Made by a program: the position numbers and the translations under genes
Notes under the pieces: model-generated
What the model saw: the letters and a program-made list of their open reading frames with translations, nothing else
Told to the model about the DNA's origin: nothing
Databases searched by the model: none
Shown here: positions 57,822-64,000 of the stretch, piece after piece
How positions within the stretch are numbered: position 1 is the first letter of the stretch
How the letters are laid out: every line of letters begins with the position of its first letter
Assembly (NCBI GenBank): GCA_965222375.1
Contig: CBDCTZ010000012.1
Location: forward strand, 480,001-544,000
Length of the DNA stretch: 64,000 bases
From: Polyangiaceae bacterium
GTDB lineage: Bacteria > Myxococcota_A > Polyangia > Polyangiales > Polyangiaceae
Direction of reading: 5' to 3'

Positions 57822-59785
57822 AACCACCGGCCTCCTGTGGGTGAGCTGGCGCTGGGGGCCGGCGTAGCGGCGTCAGTGGCGCCGGCGTCTGGGGCCGCGG
57901 CGGGTCTAATCCCACCAACTACCCGCGGTGGTTTACCGGTGCCGATCTTTGGCGCTTTCACGACGCCTGGACCCGGCTGCGTCGTGGAGCGCAACAGGAC
58001 TTGTGCAGCCTCGTTGTTCGGGTCCAAGGCCAATGCGCGTTGCGCCAGGTTCTGCGCTTTGTCTGGATCGGTGGTCCGGACTTGTTCGGCGTCGAGGCGA
58101 AGGCGGTCCGCGGCCTTGCGACGAATGGCGATCAGCGCGGGATTGCCAGGGTGACGTCGCAAAGCGCGGTCCGTTATTTCTCGCACGTTGTCGATCACAG
58201 GCTCATCATACGCCCGTCGGTCCAATGCCGCCTGCGCACTCTGCACGTCCGCGGTCAGCGCGTCGGGTTCGCCGCCAAAAGCCCCAAAGTGCCGGGCCAG
58301 AAAAAACGCCAGTAGTGCGCCCAGAGCGAAGCACGCCAGAACTACGGGTAGCCGCGAGCGCTCCAAGGGTGGGGGCGGAACGGATTCGGGCAGTTCGTTG
58401 GATGCCGGATCCCAGGAGGGGCGCGAAGCCGAGGTCGGTGCGCCTTCTGACTGACTGGCCGGGGCCCCGGGGCCGCTGATTCGGTCGACTTCTGTGTTCA
58501 GGGAAGGCCTCTGGTCGGAAAGCGTTGGATCGACGCTGCTGGGAGGCTCCGTGTCATCAAAGAGTGTCGGGTCAACGCCGGACTTGGCCGACTTCGGTGA
58601 GCTGGCCGGGCTATCCTCGTCTATGGCGACGGTTCCTCCCGCGGCGTCGAGCGCTTGGGTGTCGCCGGACTGGCCGCGTAGCTTCTTCTCGAGTTCAGCG
58701 GACAGCGGCAAAGCCTTGGTGCGCTGGATGCTCTCTAAGCTGAGAGTCCCCTTGCTTACCAAGGTGGAGCGCACCATCAGCTCGTCCGGGGACAGGCCCG
58801 CCTCCCGGGCGGCGGCGACGAGCAGGCGTCCAAGAACGCGGGCGTTTTCAGCGCGCTGTTTTGGGTCTTTTGCCAGGTTTTTCATCACCACGTCTGTGAT
58901 GGGTTTGGGCACGTAGCTGGCACGCTCGATTTCCGAGAGCTGGGGCGCCGGTTCGTTGGTGTGCTTGATCAGAATGCCAACGGGGCTCTCGGCGTCGAAG
59001 GGCGTTCGGCCGCTGAGGCATTGGAAGAGCATGATCGCGATGCTGTAGACGTCGCTGGCTGCGCCGACTTGTTTTCCCTGAGCTCCCTCTGGAGAGATGT
59101 ATCGCGCGGTGCCGAAGATGACGCCCGCTTGAGTTGCGACGGTACTGTCAGCCCAGTCTATGCGAGCGACACCGAAGTCCAGCACTGTGACAAACTCGGC
59201 GTCGTCGCCACGCTTGACGAGCATGACGTTCTCGGGTTTCAGATCCCGATGCACGATGCCCTGGGCATGAGCCTCGCCGACCGCATCGCAGACCTGCAGG
59301 ATGATGTGAAGTGCTCGCGGCAGCGGTAAGGAACCCCCTTCCGCCGCCAGGGCTGAGCGCAGGGAGATGCCATCAAGATACTCCATGACCATGTAGGCTT
59401 CTCCGCCCACGTCGGCGTTGACCTTCTCGACTTCTCCCGTCATCAGCACCTGAACCACATTCGGATGCGATAGCCGACTAGCCACCTTGGCTTCCCTCAG
59501 AAAGCGCGCCTTTACCGTGGGGTTGCGCAGCAGCTCGCGGTGAAGAATCTTGACCGCGACATCACGGTCGATGCCCTGCTGATGGGCTCGATACACACGT
59601 CCCATAGCCCCGATGCCGATGAGTTGCTTCAGGGTGATCTGCCCGGCGAGAGTGAGGCCCACGTAAGGGTCGTCCAGGGACTTGGTCTTCTTCGCGGACA
59701 GTGGAGTGCCGTCCCTGGGACAGAAGATGACGTCCTCGTCGTAGCGCTGGCCACAGGCCGAGCAAGCTTTTGTAGGCAGGGTCAT
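57818..59785 (-). CDS. Ser/Thr protein kinase with N-terminal Zn-ribbon, TM and TPR-like C-terminus
   Basis: CSAC...CPRDG; GIGAMG, AVK, HRDLKPEN, DFG, SPE, DVYS. Confidence 0.94.
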   Translation of the reverse strand: MTLPTKACSACGQRYDEDVIFCPRDGTPLSAKKTKSLDDPYVGLTLAGQITLKQLIGIGAMGRVYRAHQQGIDRDVAVKILHRELLRNPTVKARFLREAKVASRLSHPNVVQVLMTGEVEKVNADVGGEAYMVMEYLDGISLRSALAAEGGSLPLPRALHIILQVCDAVGEAHAQGIVHRDLKPENVMLVKRGDDAEFVTVLDFGVARIDWADSTVATQAGVIFGTARYISPEGAQGKQVGAASDVYSIAIMLFQCLSGRTPFDAESPVGILIKHTNEPAPQLSEIERASYVPKPITDVVMKNLAKDPKQRAENARVLGRLLVAAAREAGLSPDELMVRSTLVSKGTLSLESIQRTKALPLSAELEKKLRGQSGDTQALDAAGGTVAIDEDSPASSPKSAKSGVDPTLFDDTEPPSSVDPTLSDQRPSLNTEVDRISGPGAPASQSEGAPTSASRPSWDPASNELPESVPPPPLERSRLPVVLACFALGALLAFFLARHFGAFGGEPDALTADVQSAQAALDRRAYDEPVIDNVREITDRALRRHPGNPALIAIRRKAADRLRLDAEQVRTTDPDKAQNLAQRALALDPNNEAAQVLLRSTTQPGPGVVKAPKIGTGKPPRVVGGIRPAAAPDAGATDAATPAPSASSPTGGRWL

Positions 59786-59969
59786 GCTGTGGGGCTATCG
59801 CCCGTCCAAGGCTAGCAGGGCTTTCCACCCCGCAAAATTCTCCGGCCCTTGACCGAGAAATCGACGTCAGATGCCAGGGTTTGCGCCTGGTGCAGTCGGG
59901 GCGGCCGCGCCGTCGGGCAACGCCCGCTCACCCGGCTCCGTCAGTCTAGTCTAGGCTCTTCTGCTGTCG

Positions 59970-60580
59970 GGCTTCCAACGGAGTTGGTGTTTCGGAGCAT
60001 CGTCTCTTGGCCAGGGCGCTGTCATTGAGCACGAGTTTGCTCTCGCAGGGGTTGCGAATCGCTTGGGGGCTGATCAGCTGAGATGCCAGGCGCGACTCGT
60101 CCGGTTGCGGGCTGCCCGCGGCATTCGGAGCCCGCCAGAGCTCCAGCGCCTCCGCCGCGCTGCCGGTTTTTCCTTCGCCCGGTGGGCCAAGGCGCTGCTG
60201 GTGACGCCGCCTGGACTTCCCCGCGAACTGTCCATCCGGCCTGGGATGGCCGTCGTGGCTCTCGCGGGACGTCATGCAATCCTGCCTTGCCGGTCCCGAG
60301 CATCGCAATTTCGGCAATGATTGCGCGCTATTCGCCCAGCCTCTTGTTTGCTCAGGACGGGCGAGGCGGCCTGGTGTATCTGCTGCGCGCCATGTTCAAC
60401 GTCAACCTGGAGCGCTGCGGGTTCGAGCTTCGGCCGATTCCGCGCCTGGATGGCAGACTCCCGCCGTCGTCGAACTCGGGTCGACTTCAGGAAATGCGGG
60501 CTCCGATGTTCATCCCGCTATTGTCGCTGTTGCCCTACTCCTACACGGCTCGGTCTATCTGGATCGGAGGCCCATCGTGA
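59970..60580 (+). pseudogene. Decayed site-2 protease (peptidase M50) gene
   Basis: Fragments in different frames: ALSLS/HEFALAGVANRLG, RWAKALLVTP, GMAVVALAG, then MFNVNLERCGFELRPIPRLDG. These are relics of HExxH, GWAKPVPVNP, VAxAGP and NLxPxPPLDG. Boundaries are approximate. Confidence 0.75.
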
Positions 60581-61557
60581 GCGAACAGCCCCGCGTGGGT
60601 GACAGCGTAGATGGCTCCGGCCCTGAGTTGGCGAAGACGGCTCCGGAAGGGGCGGAGGCGACCGATGCGGTATCGCTGCCGAGGGGGGGAGTGAACTATA
60701 CGGTCCAACTGCCCAACTTCGAGGGGCCCTTGGACCTGCTGCTCCATTTGATCCAGCAGCATGAGCTCGACATCCTCGACATCCCGATCGCATTCATTAC
60801 GGAGAAGTACGTCGAATACATCCTATTGATGCAGGAGCTGAACATCGACATCGCCAGCGAATACCTGGTGATGGCAGCCACCCTTGCCCATATCAAGTCG
60901 AAGACCCTGCTGCCTTCCGCGCCGGACGATCAAGACGACTCGGATGAACTGGAGTTGGATCCGCGCACTGAGCTGGTGCGGCGTTTGCTCGAGTACCAGA
61001 AGTACAAATTGGTCGCGGAAAACCTGTCGCAGCGCTCCGTTTTTGGTCGGGATGTGTTCGCCCGTGGTCTTCCCGCACCTCAGGCCGAAGGCACGGCACC
61101 CCTCGCCCAGCTGAGCCTGTTCAAGCTGCTGGACGCGTTCCAGGGCGTGCTGACCCGCGCCAAGACCGTGATCGATCACGAAATCGAACTCGACCGTCTC
61201 TCGATTACGGATCGCATCAATCAACTGGCGGACCGGCTCCGAGAACGAGCGCGCCTGTCCTTCGAGGACTTGTTTGAAGGGCAACACACCCGGGCAGAGC
61301 TGATCGTGACGTTCCTGGCTCTGCTGGAGATGACTCGTTTGCGTATGACGCGACTGTTGCAGGAGAGCCCTCTCGCACCTCTGGTCGTGGAGTTGACCGT
61401 CAGTGACGATGAGGGAGGGGGTTCGGAGCGTGATGAGTATGCCGCCTGGGCCGATGAGCCAGCCGAGGCTGCCGCGGCGGGCGCCGATGCTGACGAAGCC
61501 GTGCAGACAGATTTGGAAACCCCTCAGGACGTGGAGTTGGATTCGAGCGATGGCTAA
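60577..61557 (+). CDS. scpA: Segregation and condensation protein A (kleisin)
   Basis: FEGPLDLLLHLI, EYLVMAATL..IKSK.LLP, IVTFLALLE; GGAGG SD before GTG 60577. Confidence 0.95.
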   Translation: MSEQPRVGDSVDGSGPELAKTAPEGAEATDAVSLPRGGVNYTVQLPNFEGPLDLLLHLIQQHELDILDIPIAFITEKYVEYILLMQELNIDIASEYLVMAATLAHIKSKTLLPSAPDDQDDSDELELDPRTELVRRLLEYQKYKLVAENLSQRSVFGRDVFARGLPAPQAEGTAPLAQLSLFKLLDAFQGVLTRAKTVIDHEIELDRLSITDRINQLADRLRERARLSFEDLFEGQHTRAELIVTFLALLEMTRLRMTRLLQESPLAPLVVELTVSDDEGGGSERDEYAAWADEPAEAAAAGADADEAVQTDLETPQDVELDSSDG

Positions 61558-62581
61558 ACCGCGACAACAGGAGCGCGCCGCGAAGCGGGCTGCGCCCAAG
61601 AAAACGGGCAAGAACGGCGCCAAGAAGGCAGCTGCTTCGGCTGAAGCCGCGGCGCCTCCGGCCGAGGATGCTGCTCAAGAAGAGCCTGCGCCGGATACCT
61701 TGGTCGACCCCATCGACGCTGCTCCCGTGGAGAGTGCCGTTCCGGATACCGTCGACGACAACAAGGACTCCGAGTCTACGGTCGAGGACACTCGAGCTTA
61801 TCTAAAGGGGTTGCTGGAAGCGTTGCTGTTCGTCGGTGACCGCCCCTTGGAATTGAAGGAATTGGCTCGGGCTGCGCGAATCGATCGCAAACGCACAGAA
61901 GAGCTGCTGCGAGAGATCGCTGAAGACTATTCGCAGCGAGGCATGCACTTGGGCGAAGTTGCGGGCGGATTCGCGTTCCGATCGAATCCTCTGTATTCGG
62001 ATCAAGTACGACGCTTCCTCGCCCAACGCCCAGTGCGTCTCTCCCGAGCACAGCTCGAGACTCTCTCCATCGTCGCCTATCGTCAGCCGATCACCCGGCC
62101 TGAGGTCGATGACATCCGCGGCGTGGACTGTGGACCGGTCTTGAAGGGACTGCTGGATAGGGATTTGGTTCGCATCATCGGCAAGAAGGACGAGCCAGGG
62201 CGCCCCATGCTCTACGGCACGACCCAGGCCTTCCTGGAGCTATTCAGTATGAGCTCGCTTCGGGACCTGCCGACCCTGAAGGAGTTCACCGAGTTGTCGG
62301 ATGAGTCCAAGCAATTCTTCGAAACGAAGACCGGAGAAGAGGCGCCCGAAGGACCGATCCCAGACCCAACCGCCACGCCCGGGGAAGGCGCGGGCGCTGA
62401 AGGCACTGCCGCCGCCGAGGGGACCCAGCAAGACTGCCCTGCGGAGTCTGCACAGGGCGGCGAACCTTTCCAGCACGCGCTCGAGCCTCCGAACGCCGAA
62501 GAAGAGGACGAGGAGGACGACGACGAAGACGACGAGGACGAGGAGGACGACGACGAAGACGACGAGGACGACGAGGATTGA
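61550..62581 (+). CDS. scpB: SMC-Scp complex subunit ScpB
   Basis: LEALLF, LSRAQLETLSIVAYRQPITR..IRGV, GRPMLYGTT..FL; acidic tail. Confidence 0.95.
   Translation: MAKPRQQERAAKRAAPKKTGKNGAKKAAASAEAAAPPAEDAAQEEPAPDTLVDPIDAAPVESAVPDTVDDNKDSESTVEDTRAYLKGLLEALLFVGDRPLELKELARAARIDRKRTEELLREIAEDYSQRGMHLGEVAGGFAFRSNPLYSDQVRRFLAQRPVRLSRAQLETLSIVAYRQPITRPEVDDIRGVDCGPVLKGLLDRDLVRIIGKKDEPGRPMLYGTTQAFLELFSMSSLRDLPTLKEFTELSDESKQFFETKTGEEAPEGPIPDPTATPGEGAGAEGTAAAEGTQQDCPAESAQGGEPFQHALEPPNAEEEDEEDDDEDDEDEEDDDEDDEDDED
62504..62563 (+). repeat. Exact 30-bp tandem duplication encoding the poly-D/E tail of ScpB
   Basis: GAGGACGAGGAGGACGACGACGAAGACGAC x2. Confidence 0.85.
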
Positions 62582-62594
62582 GGCAAACTTGGGC

Positions 62595-62930
62595 TCAACC
62601 CTCGTCCATCGGGTCTTCGTACTCCTTGGCTAGGTCTAGCGCCGCTTCGAACAAAGCCGGGTGAGCCACGAGTTTACGAACCAGACCCCAGAGTTCGGGG
62701 TCTGCGAGTCGCTCTGGGCCGCTCTCCGCTGCTCTCTTCTTGCGCTTCGGAAAAGCACTCGGCCCCTGCTGCTGCAGGCTCTTGAGCTTGTCCACGTAGC
62801 GTTTTGTCGGAAACTGGTCGCCCGCTTCCCAGGCGAAGATCGTCTTGTCCTCGACCCCGAGGGCTTTGCCGAGCTGTCGGGCCGTGGCACCCAACTCTTT
62901 ACGCGCGCGTTTGACGTCTTCAGGAGACAC
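62595..62930 (-). CDS. XRE-family helix-turn-helix protein
   Basis: VKRARKELGATARQLGKALGVEDKTIFAWEAG..FP; start is estimated. Confidence 0.8.
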   Translation of the reverse strand: MSPEDVKRARKELGATARQLGKALGVEDKTIFAWEAGDQFPTKRYVDKLKSLQQQGPSAFPKRKKRAAESGPERLADPELWGLVRKLVAHPALFEAALDLAKEYEDPMDEG

Positions 62931-63031
62931 GACGCGATAAGGTACCTGAAGATGTCGGGCTTCGCGCTGGCAATGCTGCGCACCCACGAAAAAACTGAAA
63001 ACTCACGCTGCGTGTGGCCGACAGGCTGGAC

Positions 63032-64000
63032 ATGCGCGATTTGCGACTGGTGACCGTGGCCCTGGTTCTGGCGTGCTCGCCGAAGGTGGAGATCGAGGAG
63101 AGGGCAGACCGAGGAGTTGCTGTTGGCTTCCAGCCTCCTTCACCGCCCGACGCCATCTCCGAGGTTCTGCGGATCTCCGTCGGCGGGCGCGCTCCCGAGC
63201 AGCTCGTGCTGCTGAGCGGAGAGCTCTCGACCTACCACCAAGGGAGGCTGCGGCGCGGGGACCTTCCGAAGACGCTCAGGCAGCGGTTGGTGCCCGCCCT
63301 GACCTACTCGGCGGCTGGACGGAGCGTGCTCGCCCCCACCCAACGACTCGAGAGCAACGGCGTCTACACCCTTGGAGCGCTTGGGGAGGGCGTGATCCTG
63401 GGACTCCGGGTCCGCCCGACGCCTGCGCCGGTATTGGAGCGCCGCTGGCCCTGGGGCGCGGAGCCGACCGCGAGCGGCCTAGCAGTGTACTGTGGCCCCG
63501 AGGCCGTCGTTCCGGCCGACCTGGTTGCCCAGGTCCGGCTCGAGCCAGGGAGTGTCCCCGCGGAGGTACGCCCGGGAGCGGGTCACCCCAGTGTGCTTGG
63601 GGAGCTCTGCGTGACCCTTCGCTACGCGACTCAGGATGGCGTCGCGCGCGTGCCGCCTGCGAGCGTGCGGGGCCTCCTACTCGACCCTCAACCCCTTGCG
63701 CAGATTGCGCCCTCCATCCCGATGGCTCAATCGTGCCCGAGCGGATGGGGCGAAACAGCCTTGGGTTGCTACGACGTTCAGGATGACCGAATCCACTATC
63801 GAGCGCGCTACAGCCCGGCGGCGGTCGCCGTGGACAGCGGCGGATTGCGGGAGGTGGTTCCGGTTGATGGCTCCGGACAGGCGACCCTCAGGGGCTTCAC
63901 TCCCGGAACCTCGAGCCAGATCTCCCTGTTCGAAGTCAGCCATGGCGGCCTAGAGTCCCACTCGATTCGTGCCGTCGACATGCTGCCCGCGCGCCCGCAC
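63032..64000 (+). CDS. Hypothetical lipoprotein, runs off the window
   Basis: Not in the track because there is no stop. ATG 63032 reads MRDLRLVTVALVLAC, and the frame is open to position 64000. Confidence 0.75.
   Translation, partial: MRDLRLVTVALVLACSPKVEIEERADRGVAVGFQPPSPPDAISEVLRISVGGRAPEQLVLLSGELSTYHQGRLRRGDLPKTLRQRLVPALTYSAAGRSVLAPTQRLESNGVYTLGALGEGVILGLRVRPTPAPVLERRWPWGAEPTASGLAVYCGPEAVVPADLVAQVRLEPGSVPAEVRPGAGHPSVLGELCVTLRYATQDGVARVPPASVRGLLLDPQPLAQIAPSIPMAQSCPSGWGETALGCYDVQDDRIHYRARYSPAAVAVDSGGLREVVPVDGSGQATLRGFTPGTSSQISLFEVSHGGLESHSIRAVDMLPARPH

Noticed and set aside
61108..61122. QLSLF in ScpA resembling a clamp-binding motif
   Set aside because: Falls in the conserved ScpA (v/l)sl.dLl.AF helix rather than a disordered terminus.
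62595..62930. XRE protein as the antitoxin of a toxin-antitoxin pair or a prophage repressor
   Set aside because: No adjacent toxin-like ORF or phage genes.

Overview
A GC-rich bacterial chromosome segment. The gene content (Hanks-type kinases, FHA, TPR and PEGA proteins, many lipoproteins, type IV pilus genes) points to Myxococcota, probably Polyangiales/Sorangiineae; this is inference from content only. About 60 CDS were called. Housekeeping genes: argG, lysC, gpmI, xth, gcvT-H-PA, scpA-scpB. Pilus genes: pilC-pilS, plus a fimU-pilV-pilW-pilX-pilY1 operon with a sigma54-type promoter. Also present: oxyR divergent from a rubrerythrin/Fe-S oxidoreductase/DUF3501 cluster, acyl-CoA metabolism genes, and one complete IS4 (IS50-like) element with a 10-bp target duplication. 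No rRNA, tRNA or CRISPR array was seen. Most notable signals: (1) a PHM/DBH-type copper monooxygenase lipoprotein beside a Tat-like lipoprotein with three HxH motifs; (2) a heavily decayed site-2 protease pseudogene in the gap before scpA; (3) tandem DUF72 genes, one starting with a beta-clamp-binding QLDLF motif; (4) an orphan T3SS export-gate gene (SctT/FliR); (5) an apparent CTG-initiated phosphatase. All family calls come from motif recognition by eye; no database searches were run.
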